From: a virus | Length of the DNA: 64,000 nucleotides | Strand: one strand, 5' to 3' | Virus record (IMG/VR): IMGVR_UViG_3300027917_001949 | Location: 88,754 to 152,753 of that record | Part shown: piece by piece, positions 1-9,669 of the stretch | Layout of the letters: the number at the start of each line of letters is the position of its first letter | Numbering within the stretch: the first letter of the stretch is position 1 | The notes under the pieces: model-generated | What the model was told of the DNA's origin: nothing | What the model saw: the letters and a program-made list of their open reading frames with translations, nothing else | The model's database searches: none | Made by a program: the position numbers and the translations under genes

Positions 1-450
1 AACATCACCTGAGCAACCCTCACCATAGTCACCGATACGGAAGCAATAAACGACTTTCCCAGGAAAATTTACCAGGAGTCTTTCGGCTCTCTCGATACAC
101 TTTTCCATGTATTCGCTATCCCATTCCCACTCATAATCCCACTTGTAGGCATCTGCTTCGGTTTCGTCATCGTAACGCCAACCACCTGTACGTATCAGTC
201 TGGCTAATTCACTCCTTTTTCCATTGCCGGTGAAGCACTTAAACCTTTCTTTGCACGAGTCGCACTCTGGTTGCGGTGGGTTGCAAAGTAATATTCCTTT
301 CTGTCGTTTCATCCACGTAAGTAATAACTCAGCTTCTTCAAGACTTGCACCTTTGGACATAAGTTCAATAGGCAGAGTCGGTCTCTTATCCAATACGATA
401 AGAAAACTAGCCGAACTGCTATTACTTACGAAACCACTACGAATTTTCAT
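1..450 (-). CDS. Phage protein starting MKIRSGFVSNSSSASF and carrying the CxxCxxRFxC module (partial; runs off left edge, absent from ORF track)
   Basis: Hand translation from ATG at 450: MKIRSGFVSNSSSASFLIV...LLCNPPQPECDSCKERFKCFTG...; no stop before position 1. Confidence 0.85.
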   Translation of the reverse strand, partial: MKIRSGFVSNSSSASFLIVLDKRPTLPIELMSKGASLEEAELLLTWMKRQKGILLCNPPQPECDSCKERFKCFTGNGKRSELARLIRTGGWRYDDETEADAYKWDYEWEWDSEYMEKCIERAERLLVNFPGKVVYCFRIGDYGEGCSGDV

Positions 451-652
451 GCTTTATCCATTGACTTGTCCAGCATGTGAATCTAAACTCACACCCACCA
501 CAAGCTTCGTTCTTCTCCATCCACGTTGCACTATTTTCACTTGCTTTAAATGTCACCGCTCGACATCTGTCCATGTATGACTGCATTGTATATGAATTTT
601 CAGTGCCGAACGGTGACAATAATACATTGATATATCTAGTCTTACGTGTCAT
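437..652 (-). CDS. Small hypothetical protein with C-terminal CxxCxxRFxC module
   Basis: ACGGCEFRFTCWTS; overlaps both neighbours in operon style. Confidence 0.75.
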   Translation of the reverse strand: MTRKTRYINVLLSPFGTENSYTMQSYMDRCRAVTFKASENSATWMEKNEACGGCEFRFTCWTSQWIKHENS

Positions 653-2508
653 CGCAATAGACTTATAAACGTATCCTTTTCAATGGTCTCAGGAGACAGG
701 TCAATGTCGGCATCATCTGGTGAATCAACCATTTCCGCACCTGCATCAGATAGAACCTCAGCTAGGTCAATCGGATTCTTGTAGTAGTTGATTAACCACT
801 GCCTGCTATGCTCTGAATAGTCATTTGAGCGTGACGTTATTGACCTACCAAGATTTGTCTCGGCAAAGTAGAATCTCGTCATCTCAGAACCAGTAACCAA
901 TAACCCCAACATTTTTTGTTTGTCGGTTTGCGTAGAGTTTGTGATAACCTCGACGTTATTAGGGTCAACGGTACGCTTGTTCCATAATCTTTCCTTGTTT
1001 GATGCTACTAATATCTTGAATGGTACAGGAACGCTCGCATTGTAATTGAAGTAGTTCAAGTACATTAGATACGCTTTTTCCTCTTTCTGCTTCTTCACGT
1101 AGTACAACTCTGTCGCACCATTACGTGCATCAGTAAGGTCACCTGAGAATAGAACCCTATCCTCGTAACGGTATGAGGCATCCCATCCAAATTTCGTGTT
1201 CAGTTCAACTAACGAAAGGTCAAGGTCGATTCTGTGACCATCGACATTCTTCCAGTAGACACCGGCAACCATGTTCGTTGGTAACTCTACATAACTTCCA
1301 GATGGTAAGTTACCAGTAAACTGCTTCTCTGTAGCAGGAAGAGCATAGTGTATGGTATCAGGTATGTATACTTTCTTACCCTCTACATTACCTGCTATAT
1401 CCTCAACGATTGAATACATCACATCATCAAGAACTGATGTAACTTCGTCCTGCTTAATAAAGCTGAATGACTTCGCATAACCACGCCCATTACGTATCCT
1501 ATAAAGGATTGATGGTGACTCGCTCAACCTGAACTTAAGAGCATATGCAAGTCTAATCTTTCTGAATACATTTACGTCATTAATTGCATTAGCAAATGTT
1601 TCGTGGTCAAATGTACCCTGAGCTATCTTTGCTGTAACAAGATTAAGGTAGTCCTCCGGTAGTGGTGTGTGATGTTTAGGGGCAAGACGACGTACCTTGT
1701 TAACCAATGTCTTTAGTCTCTGATTAGTTCTGAATGCTAAGAACAGCGGTTTGAACCTGTAGAATATCTTTGCCAATTCCTGTAATCCATACTGCTTCTC
1801 GTAATCGGTGAATATTTTGGTTACATGAAGATTGTCTGTTGATTTGATTTCCTGTATTACAGCACGGCTCTTGATTAGAAGAGTCTTACCGGTTGCCTTG
1901 TAGATGGCATAACGTAATAGCTCAGTCGGATTCTTTGGAATTAGACCGGCATATTCATATAGCATTATTTTGACTTCTTTATTCTTCACCTTTTCGAAGT
2001 CAGTGAAGTCAACAAACAGAGCAACCTCTACCACCGCTTTGATGGTGTCGGTATGTAATGCAATACCAGATTCAAGCATTGCTATCAGCTTCTCAGTTAG
2101 TTCCTCTTTCGTATACCCCTTGATGACAGTCAGCTTTATTTTATCCAACTTCACCTTGGGAACGTTTAGAGCTTCATCCGGTATATACACATAGTCGCTG
2201 TCAATACCAAAAGCTTCGAAACCATAGGTAGTAAAGTAGTGCATGATTTGCTCAATAACAAGTTGCTCGATACTGGCATCACGAACTTTTGCCCAGGATT
2301 TGTGGAAGGTGCTGTTCATTTGCTCGCCAGAAAGACCAACGGTCTTGGTGACCAGTTCGACTAACTCGTTATAGTTGGTATAATTAGCAATAACCTCCGG
2401 TGCAAAAACGAATCCGAGTGGTATCGTTCGTTTCATCAATGCTTCATCGGTCTTTGTCTCCCTCTTGTTTATAGGTAATGCTCTGAATAATTTAATTGTT
2501 GCTTCCAT
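649..2508 (-). CDS. Large phage protein with probable C-terminal TerD-related domain
   Basis: Long ORF; likely start MEATIKL at 2508 (purine-rich RBS); RIDLDLS and FSGDLTDARNGATE resemble TerD-family motifs. Confidence 0.55.
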   Translation of the reverse strand: MEATIKLFRALPINKRETKTDEALMKRTIPLGFVFAPEVIANYTNYNELVELVTKTVGLSGEQMNSTFHKSWAKVRDASIEQLVIEQIMHYFTTYGFEAFGIDSDYVYIPDEALNVPKVKLDKIKLTVIKGYTKEELTEKLIAMLESGIALHTDTIKAVVEVALFVDFTDFEKVKNKEVKIMLYEYAGLIPKNPTELLRYAIYKATGKTLLIKSRAVIQEIKSTDNLHVTKIFTDYEKQYGLQELAKIFYRFKPLFLAFRTNQRLKTLVNKVRRLAPKHHTPLPEDYLNLVTAKIAQGTFDHETFANAINDVNVFRKIRLAYALKFRLSESPSILYRIRNGRGYAKSFSFIKQDEVTSVLDDVMYSIVEDIAGNVEGKKVYIPDTIHYALPATEKQFTGNLPSGSYVELPTNMVAGVYWKNVDGHRIDLDLSLVELNTKFGWDASYRYEDRVLFSGDLTDARNGATELYYVKKQKEEKAYLMYLNYFNYNASVPVPFKILVASNKERLWNKRTVDPNNVEVITNSTQTDKQKMLGLLVTGSEMTRFYFAETNLGRSITSRSNDYSEHSRQWLINYYKNPIDLAEVLSDAGAEMVDSPDDADIDLSPETIEKDTFISLLR

Positions 2509-2522
2509 TCTTCTCCCTCTGC

Positions 2523-2743
2523 CGGAAAGGGTGGTCATATTCACGGTATTTCCGATTGTGGAACTAATCCACTCAGCCTGACCACCCTTCCGAACTAATG
2601 CGGCGAGCAGTATAAAAATGCAAAGTTTATTTTATAGGAACTGCTTCTGCCGTTATTTACCTGAGCGAGTAGTAAATATCGCACAGCCATCCCACCCGTA
2701 GGTAGGTAGGCTGTAAGTCAGAAATAGGAACTACTTATGCTCA
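2523..2743 (-). ncRNA. Cluster of three stem-loops, two sharing a conserved motif; candidate structured RNA or leader
   Basis: Inverted repeats 2523-2537/2579-2592, 2601-2612/2635-2652 and 2662-2674/2725-2743; units 2 and 3 share GCGAGYAGTA...TAGGAACTRCTT with compensatory changes. Confidence 0.5.
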
Positions 2744-3744
2744 TATTCCAAACTGAGATTATACACTGGACAACTTCTACAATTACTTAATACTCGTGTA
2801 CGGAACATCTTTGTTTCCTCAGCATTCCACACATCTCGTACAAAATCCTCACATCCCAGTACATCCACACCGGAGAACTCGGGTTCACCCTCAGAAAAAC
2901 TGCATGGGTATCCTATTCCATCGACATTAATGTAGTAGGAAAACAGTGTACTCTCACACGGTTCGGACATTGTTTTGTATAGTTCGTAATTCTTATCGTC
3001 CTTAACAGCTTCCAAGAAATTGTTAGCCGTACAACTATCGAATCCGAACTTACCACCGACCTTGACCGCAAGGTCTATCAACTCTTTGAATTTCTCCATA
3101 GAGTCCAGTTGTTTTAGAGTATTCCTTTCCCCTTTCGGTTTTAACCACAAGAACACTACAGCGTTTAATTTCGCTAGACGGGGGTCTGCAATCCGGTCAC
3201 GCAGCACGTTGCAGCATTTTTCATAGGTTAGTTTTGAAAGGAGACAGTGTATGTTAACCTGTTCCATGCCTTTGTCTGTTAAATTCTTAACAGCATTGTA
3301 ACAGGTATCCTTGTCGTAGAGACTGACGGCGACTGCACCGCAGGTTTTCACCAGTCGGTCATACCGCTCGTCAGTCATCCGTTCACCGTTTATGGTGACA
3401 TTGGGGATAACGTTGTTATCACGACAGTAATCCATTATCTTCCACATATCGGGATTGCCGTCAATGTCCCCGATTCCGAAAGCAATTTGTGTGAGGTGTT
3501 TGGGGAATTTATCGAACATTGTCTTAAATGTTTCAAATTCCATGTAGTCACCGTACTTAATGTTAGATTTGTAACACCATAGACATTGTCTACTACATAC
3601 AGTGCTAATTTCTATGTCCATTATCTCCGGTCCAAATGGCGACCAATCAGGGTCATCATCTTCAGTCTTACCCCAACGAGCAAAGAACCCGTTAGTTGTG
3701 TTGAATACAAAATTATAATCCGGTGATTTGAATTCTTTAAACAA
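2731..3744 (-). CDS. Radical SAM protein with SPASM/twitch-like C-terminus
   Basis: CSRQCLWC (CxxxCxxC); C-terminal CESTLFSYYINVDGIGYPC...CRSC. Confidence 0.9.
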   Translation of the reverse strand: MFKEFKSPDYNFVFNTTNGFFARWGKTEDDDPDWSPFGPEIMDIEISTVCSRQCLWCYKSNIKYGDYMEFETFKTMFDKFPKHLTQIAFGIGDIDGNPDMWKIMDYCRDNNVIPNVTINGERMTDERYDRLVKTCGAVAVSLYDKDTCYNAVKNLTDKGMEQVNIHCLLSKLTYEKCCNVLRDRIADPRLAKLNAVVFLWLKPKGERNTLKQLDSMEKFKELIDLAVKVGGKFGFDSCTANNFLEAVKDDKNYELYKTMSEPCESTLFSYYINVDGIGYPCSFSEGEPEFSGVDVLGCEDFVRDVWNAEETKMFRTRVLSNCRSCPVYNLSLEYEHK

Positions 3745-4805
3745 CTGCTTTCTCCAATATCGACATTAAGTGGTCGATATTATCTTTAATTTTGTCTGGT
3801 TCGATGTAGAAATATTTACCGTTAGTATAATCACCCCTGACAGCTAATACCGACCGCCATAATTCCTCATCATCTCGGTCTGTGTCCAAGTTTAAGTGGA
3901 AAAAACAGCTACCACACGTCCAACCATTATGTTGGATACCACAGCCTGTTTTGTCCAACAGTAACCTCTTAAGTTTACCAAGTTTATAATTGCTGATAAT
4001 CATTTATACTCCAATTTTCTCTGCAAAGTTTGCTACGTTGAGCATCTCGTCGATTAAATTATGTAGTCCGTTCGATAATTCTATGTAAACTTCTAATGGT
4101 ATTGTTGGTTTCTCAATACGATTATCCCTAGTAAATGTCCTACTCCAATTATCTGCCGCTGACCATCGTGACTTTTTCTGCTTTCTGGTTTGTCGTTGGT
4201 AATGGTCAAGATATAGTCGTGATTGCGACATGTCCACACTCATGTAGAACGTATATACTTCTCGCTCTAGGTCATTGACGTTATGTGTTATTTCGAATCT
4301 CATTTAATCCGTACCCATTTGTGCTTCTTCATATTCTCGAACAATATCCCATCTCAGAATCAGTAGGAAGTATAATTCCTCAGCCGCTTCTTTGAGACGT
4401 AAACTTACGTCGAGTAGTTCGTCCATCGCTTTGGCTCGTTTCTTTGCTGCCCATCGTATCATTAACCAAGAGCAAACTCCGACGAACGCTGGAAGAGCAA
4501 TACCAACCACCACTGCACCAGTTGTATTAATCATAGTGAAATGCTCTCTTTTCTGCCAGTTGTTTTTCGATGTCCATGCTTAATGAGTAAACTTCCATGA
4601 TTCTCTGCATGTTTACATCATCATATTCAGCTTCGACTTCACGAACATCTTGGTCTCTCGTCACAAATACCGGATAATCTTCCCAACTAAAGGTGTCGCA
4701 CACAACAATCATATGCGTTAAGTCATCCGGTGAGTAACCATGCATACGACAATAAAACTCTCGGTATTCGTTGCTTAACCACTCTTTTATTTCAGCAGTT
4801 GTCAT
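3737..4805 (-). CDS. Four small hypothetical genes (3737-4003, 4004-4303, 4304-4534 membrane, 4527-4805)
   Basis: Abutting or overlapping ORFs directly downstream of the promoter at 4824-4852. Confidence 0.7.
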
Positions 4806-4823
4806 ATCTTCTCCAGTATCTTT

Positions 4824-4852
4824 ATTATAACATGTGCCAGGAGATTTGTCAA
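4824..4852 (-). promoter_or_regulatory. Sigma70-type promoter
   Basis: TTGACA-17 nt-TATAAT on the minus strand. Confidence 0.85.
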
Positions 4853-4865
4853 GACTGGGTAACGG

Positions 4866-5435
4866 CTATTCATAATCCTTTGATTGGAGTAACTTAATTG
4901 CATTAAGGAATTCATCAGCGTCCGGTAAGTCATCTAAGGCAAACACCGCCACAGGTTTAACGGTGTCGTAATCACCATCAGTATCGTAGTCATCAAACCT
5001 ACCAATAATAGTAATATCTTCCCTATCGTTCTTATCTCGGTCTATTTTCATACCACCTTCAAACACTTCAAACGTGTTCTCGTCAAGGTCAATCACATAT
5101 GCCCACTCGCAAAATAAACTGTCACCGGCGAAATCAATGTTGTTGACCAGCTTCAATTTTCTCTTGCTGTTTTGAATCATTGGCAATAGCTTGGCACTGG
5201 TATCACGGCTAAATTCTGCACGGTCTGCCAGTGTCTTCTGTGGTATTTTATCGTATTCTGCACCGGTTATCCATGTTAATTTGTCTACCTGTTTCTCAAA
5301 CTTCGGTCTGTCCCACGTATGCAAGAACTGTAAAATGTCAATCCCCTGACCGCTAGGATAACCATCCCATTGTCCGTATTGAGCAACCTTGTACTCACCA
5401 CCTTTATACACACAAATTAAATGTCTCGTTCCCAC
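4866..5435 (-). CDS. Conserved hypothetical phage protein (MGTR...QWDGYP type)
   Basis: GTG start at 5435 after GGAGGA; GTRHLI...AQYGQWDGYPSGQG...FCEWAYVIDLD. Confidence 0.75.
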   Translation of the reverse strand: MGTRHLICVYKGGEYKVAQYGQWDGYPSGQGIDILQFLHTWDRPKFEKQVDKLTWITGAEYDKIPQKTLADRAEFSRDTSAKLLPMIQNSKRKLKLVNNIDFAGDSLFCEWAYVIDLDENTFEVFEGGMKIDRDKNDREDITIIGRFDDYDTDGDYDTVKPVAVFALDDLPDADEFLNAIKLLQSKDYE

Positions 5436-5830
5436 TATAGTCCTCCCGTATGACGAAATTCTTTTTCGGTATAACAACGAAACCTATCGTAACAGTCATC
5501 ACATGACTTCACTGTAAAGGTTTCTTTAAGAAACTCCATACTATCGGTGTCACCATCCTCTGCCTTTTTCCTGATAAACTCAATCATCTTTGGTGATGCA
5601 CAGATTATGTCAGCATTGGCTTTGTCTTCTACCTCACAATTCAAACCATGCGTGAACCCTATGCTTCTTCCTTCTTGATGGAGTGTGGCAATTTCCATGA
5701 CCGCTTCTCCGGTAAGCTCTCGCAAGCATTTCGAAGCTTTTTTACGGACACAAATATCCTTGCATCCGTTGTCATCAGACGGATACCACTCGCCTTGTGT
5801 ATAGTTAGGTAACTTAATTCTAACTGCCAT
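5435..5830 (-). CDS. Hypothetical protein with C-terminal CxxCxxRFxC module
   Basis: Likely start MAVRIKL at 5830; ANADIICASP..., SCDDCYDRFRCYTE. Confidence 0.75.
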   Translation of the reverse strand: MAVRIKLPNYTQGEWYPSDDNGCKDICVRKKASKCLRELTGEAVMEIATLHQEGRSIGFTHGLNCEVEDKANADIICASPKMIEFIRKKAEDGDTDSMEFLKETFTVKSCDDCYDRFRCYTEKEFRHTGGL

Positions 5831-6530
5831 AACTGCTACGTGTTCCTTCGATGTATGTCCTACCCTCAATAATGAAGTCATCCAGTTCTTCTTCGTTGAG
5901 CCATTCCTTAATCTTGATGACTCGACCATTCCTAGTCGTCTCTCGTATGACCTTTATTTGATTTGGCATCTCTTTTGCAAGCATTTCAAAGTTGTTGCGA
6001 ACCACTCCAAGATAGTTAAAGTTTCTTTCGCACCACTTCACAGTACCTTCTTCCTGCCAACGTTCCTCAATTCGCTCAATGTTCCACTCTAATGGGGGAA
6101 GGAGAACGATGAACTTCTCCGGTTTTGGTGTGTTTGATATTTCATATTGAAAATCAGCATTAATAAGAATCTTCTCAGCGTAATGAGCCGGTAACCACCC
6201 CATCTCCACACATGTACGCACATATGCGGTGTCATCAAGAAAACACCTGTCGCCAATCACAACTGACTTAGGTGGTTGTGTCATCGCATAGTTAAGGTTC
6301 TCCCTATGTTCAATACAGTGTAGTGCGTTTCTCCAAAGTTGGCGGCTGACATTATCTGTCAATCCCTCCATATGAGCTATTTGCTCTTTAACCCGACCAG
6401 TATCAAATTGTTTTAAGTCATCTATCAGCGTTGATTTGCCGACCCCATGTGGACCACACAGATACACGATTTGTCTGTTGACCCTCGTATCAAACTCGAA
6501 TACTGGTGGTGGTGTTATTTCACAAGTCAT
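5820..6530 (-). CDS. Thymidylate/deoxynucleoside monophosphate kinase
   Basis: P-loop GPHGVGKST, VIGDR motif, lid-like ERIEER. Confidence 0.8.
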   Translation of the reverse strand: MTCEITPPPVFEFDTRVNRQIVYLCGPHGVGKSTLIDDLKQFDTGRVKEQIAHMEGLTDNVSRQLWRNALHCIEHRENLNYAMTQPPKSVVIGDRCFLDDTAYVRTCVEMGWLPAHYAEKILINADFQYEISNTPKPEKFIVLLPPLEWNIERIEERWQEEGTVKWCERNFNYLGVVRNNFEMLAKEMPNQIKVIRETTRNGRVIKIKEWLNEEELDDFIIEGRTYIEGTRSSYGS

Positions 6531-6883
6531 TCTTCGTCCTCCACAGTTACTTGAATGTGCCCAAATTCCGCAGGTACTTTAACGTGCCGTAACTCATCAG
6601 TATAAACCACGTCATTCTTTAATTCTGGTGTGGCTATTTTCTTAACTAAGTCACGGGCGGTCACATCTCGTAGTGACTTAACTCCCTTAAATGATGACAA
6701 TGGTATCTCAATAGGTTCATTACGGTCTGTAAAACACTGAAATCGCAGACTACATTGCCCGCACAACGTATCAATGCTTCGCTCTCGCCCGTAACAATGA
6801 TACTCCTTATATCTCTCGTTATCATAATTATGATTCTTGTCATCAAATACTATTCGTATTACCTGACCATGGTCTCTACTCAT
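6527..6883 (-). CDS. Hypothetical protein with internal CxxCxxRFxC module
   Basis: Likely start MSRDH at 6883 overlapping the UDG stop; CYG...LCGQCSLRFQCFTD. Confidence 0.75.
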   Translation of the reverse strand: MSRDHGQVIRIVFDDKNHNYDNERYKEYHCYGRERSIDTLCGQCSLRFQCFTDRNEPIEIPLSSFKGVKSLRDVTARDLVKKIATPELKNDVVYTDELRHVKVPAEFGHIQVTVEDEE

Positions 6884-7604
6884 AACAGTAAAACCTCTGT
6901 TTACATGATTTACATTTATTATCTCCCGTCCACCACTTCTCACACGTGTCTCGGAATGCGTTCATTTCGGCAATAATAGGTTTTGCATTAATGTCCTTGC
7001 TGAGTGGTGAATCAACTAGACGGAATTGCTTATCGACATGCTGATGTTGCATAGCATATTCGACAGCCTCTTTTATCTTAGTCCTTATATCTCTACCACG
7101 TTCGCTATTCTTTCCCCCACTATGAGCTATTGCCGCAGGATGGTATGACACGATTACATCATAATTTCTCCAATCAAAGGTAGTGCAGACAATCTCTTTC
7201 ATTGGTATCTTACCATTCCCACCAAGAGCTACGTACGGTACTTTACCCATACAAACAATGACTTCTGGTAATAGATTATCTATCTCCGCTATCATCCGTT
7301 CGTTGCACCACGTAATTTCTGCGTCGTTGGGGGTGCGATTATAGATTCGTCCGTCATTTACCTTTGTAGGTCTACATGTGACAGCGTTAACATAACTCGC
7401 ATCTTCACGCCTGCCACCACACTCCTCTATAATATCCATCAAGTCTCTGCCAGCAATCCCCACTAGAGGACGACCTTCTTGTGTCTCATTGAATCCTGGA
7501 GCTTCGGCAAGATAAAGTATCTTAGTGTCGTTTATCTCTGACGGCACAAGAACTGCTTGTTTTAGCGTACATTCGTCGCACTTACCCTTTGGTGCTTTTT
7601 CCAT
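6876..7604 (-). CDS. udg: Uracil-DNA glycosylase family 4 with an extra C-terminal CxxCxxRFxC module
   Basis: CDEC; LAEAPG, GRPLVG, NAVTCRP, YHPAA; tail KCKSCKQRFYCYE. Confidence 0.9.
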   Translation of the reverse strand: MEKAPKGKCDECTLKQAVLVPSEINDTKILYLAEAPGFNETQEGRPLVGIAGRDLMDIIEECGGRREDASYVNAVTCRPTKVNDGRIYNRTPNDAEITWCNERMIAEIDNLLPEVIVCMGKVPYVALGGNGKIPMKEIVCTTFDWRNYDVIVSYHPAAIAHSGGKNSERGRDIRTKIKEAVEYAMQHQHVDKQFRLVDSPLSKDINAKPIIAEMNAFRDTCEKWWTGDNKCKSCKQRFYCYE

Positions 7605-8050
7605 TTATCCTTGTCGTTCTCCCATTTATAACTGCCCATGCACTTCCGCCTTGGTCAACTGCCAGTCCACAATTAGGACATGCAACAATAGTCATCGCTA
7701 TCTCAGGTTCATTCTCCCATACAAATTCATGCCCACAGCTACTACACGTTATCTTGTCCATCATCCCATCCATTAAAAGGTTTGAAACATCTACCAGTTT
7801 TTAGGAAGTCATCTTCGGTCTCCATTATTGCTGGTTCTCTGTCAGGACAATAATGAAACCCTCTTTTAAGCATTTCTGCCTCGACAGTTTTTACCAACCT
7901 ATCTAGAAATTGCTTATAAGTTTCAGATGATTCTCTAAGATAGATAAACTCATGGTCACATACACCGGACATTGGCAATATATGTCTACCCTTAAACTTT
8001 TGGTCTTGCCAACCGTCTACGAATATCCAACCGTCTTTATATCGTGTCAT
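7582..8050 (-). CDS. Two small hypothetical genes (7582-7773 Zn-ribbon; 7742-8050)
   Basis: CSSC...CPNC in the first; tandem overlaps. Confidence 0.65.
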
Positions 8051-8379
8051 TCTAAATTCTCTGGATAGTTTTTATCGCTCTTATCGACCTTTACCACATC
8101 TTTACCGGTTGCCACATAAGAGTCATGTTTGCTCATCGTATAGTTTATTCTTCCCTCACCAAACATATACTCCGCCAACCCCTTTAAGTCCTTTATTCCG
8201 TGTTCAAGTGCCATCTCCTGAGAAATGAACACCTCATTCCGTTCCGATAGACATTTGAATCTCAATCGACAACCCACACACAGATATTTCTCTCTGCCAC
8301 GACAATCAAATCTCTCTGTTGTCGTTATTATATCATGGTTGTGAGTTACCTTTGGTAATTCAAGCTTAATTGTTACCAT
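8047..8379 (-). CDS. Hypothetical protein with CxxCxxRFxC module
   Basis: DCRGREKYLCVGCRLRFKCLSE. Confidence 0.75.
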   Translation of the reverse strand: MVTIKLELPKVTHNHDIITTTERFDCRGREKYLCVGCRLRFKCLSERNEVFISQEMALEHGIKDLKGLAEYMFGEGRINYTMSKHDSYVATGKDVVKVDKSDKNYPENLE

Positions 8380-9359
8380 ATTTCCACTGGTTGTCTGTCT
8401 CCCAAGATTCTTCCTCTTGATGTGCGTTGCACAAATCCATGTGTAAGGAGATAAGGCTCAACCGTCTCTTCCAATGTTGCTCGGTCAAGTCCGGTCATTG
8501 CCGATAAATTCTGAAGACCTATTGGTTTATCGGACAAACACTTCAGATATGCTCGGTCAGCGTTGTCCAACCCATCTGGGTCAATCTCCATGTCATCAAA
8601 CCATTGCTTCAGTAACTCTGGGGTTACTTGTTTGTCATTAAGGATTATCCGGTCATAGATTCGTTTGAAGAGGAAGAGTGCAATTCTCGCAACCGTCTTA
8701 CCTCGACGAGCTACCTCGTAGCTCACATAGTCTGGACAATCATACTTCAAGTTACGTGCCGCACCTGTTACCATCTTCTGTAATTCACCTACTGAGTAGG
8801 GTTGTAACACCAACGATACGAAACGAGAACGAAGAGGACCACTCAGACTACCTGCCGTAGTTGTTGCAGCGAGTACTGTTTGTGTCCCCTTATCCATGAC
8901 AGTCAATAACCATTCCTCGTCTCGAATTGTGTGTACCTCATCTACGACCACAACTTGAGAGGTCGGAAAGTCATCAATGTCACGTAAGTTGACAGCAGTA
9001 ACATAATCATTACGACCTATCATGTCAGCAAATATCCTTGCCAAGGTGGTTTTACCGAGACCGAAACTGCCGCTAAATAATACGTGCTGTACCGGAATTC
9101 CATGCACCTTTGTTGCTTTAAGTATTGTGTCAAGTTCATCCTTAATGACCTCTTGACCTATAAAACTCTTAAAATCAGTTGGTGTAATCAGGTCATTCCA
9201 GGCACGTTTAGAACCCTTACTCCTTCGTCTTGGCTTATCCTGTTTCTTTATACATTCCTTACATATATATCGACCATCATCAAGCGGAGTTAATTTACTA
9301 TTATTTCTACCGCAGATATAACATTTATCATATATATCAAAGAATTTAAAGATGTTCAA
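8373..9359 (-). CDS. ruvB: RuvB-like Holliday junction ATPase with N-terminal C4 zinc finger
   Basis: FIGQE, GSFGLGKTT, VDEVH, AATT..GSLSGPLRSRF, winged-helix C-terminus EPYL...VQRTSRGR; N-terminal CYIC...ICKEC. Confidence 0.85.
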   Translation of the reverse strand: MNIFKFFDIYDKCYICGRNNSKLTPLDDGRYICKECIKKQDKPRRRSKGSKRAWNDLITPTDFKSFIGQEVIKDELDTILKATKVHGIPVQHVLFSGSFGLGKTTLARIFADMIGRNDYVTAVNLRDIDDFPTSQVVVVDEVHTIRDEEWLLTVMDKGTQTVLAATTTAGSLSGPLRSRFVSLVLQPYSVGELQKMVTGAARNLKYDCPDYVSYEVARRGKTVARIALFLFKRIYDRIILNDKQVTPELLKQWFDDMEIDPDGLDNADRAYLKCLSDKPIGLQNLSAMTGLDRATLEETVEPYLLTHGFVQRTSRGRILGDRQPVEIW

Positions 9360-9382
9360 ATTTTCCTCACCCGTTTATTTGT

Positions 9383-9418
9383 TGGGGGATACCAGTTTAG
9401 TAGGGTTAGTATCCCCCA
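9383..9418. other. 10-bp perfect inverted repeat upstream of ruvB (hairpin; possible terminator or attenuator)
   Basis: TGGGGGATAC...GTATCCCCCA. Confidence 0.45.
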
Positions 9419-9637
9419 CCACCTAAATCAACTTTCTTTTCATCCTCATTTACTCAAGTTAAGTATTATAACAAATCCTACAAAATTTCTGGTGACTGAC
9501 ACCAGTCCTCAAAATAACCTCTCATCGTATTGGCGACTCGTTCACCAAGGTCAGTTAAATCTTTACATGCCAATTTATCAGACCAAAACTTGAAACTCAC
9601 CTCCGAACATATTTGGGTTCTATTACCCCACATATCT

Positions 9638-9666
9638 ATTATACCACACAACTGTTCTCATGTCAA
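9638..9666 (-). promoter_or_regulatory. Sigma70-type promoter
   Basis: TTGACA-17-TATAAT with TG extension. Confidence 0.85.
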
Positions 9667-9669
9667 CCC

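Noticed and set aside
2523-2592. tRNA (e.g. tRNA-Sec) in the GGAAGGGTGGTC hairpin
   Set aside because: No cloverleaf, T-loop or anticodon arm could be built.
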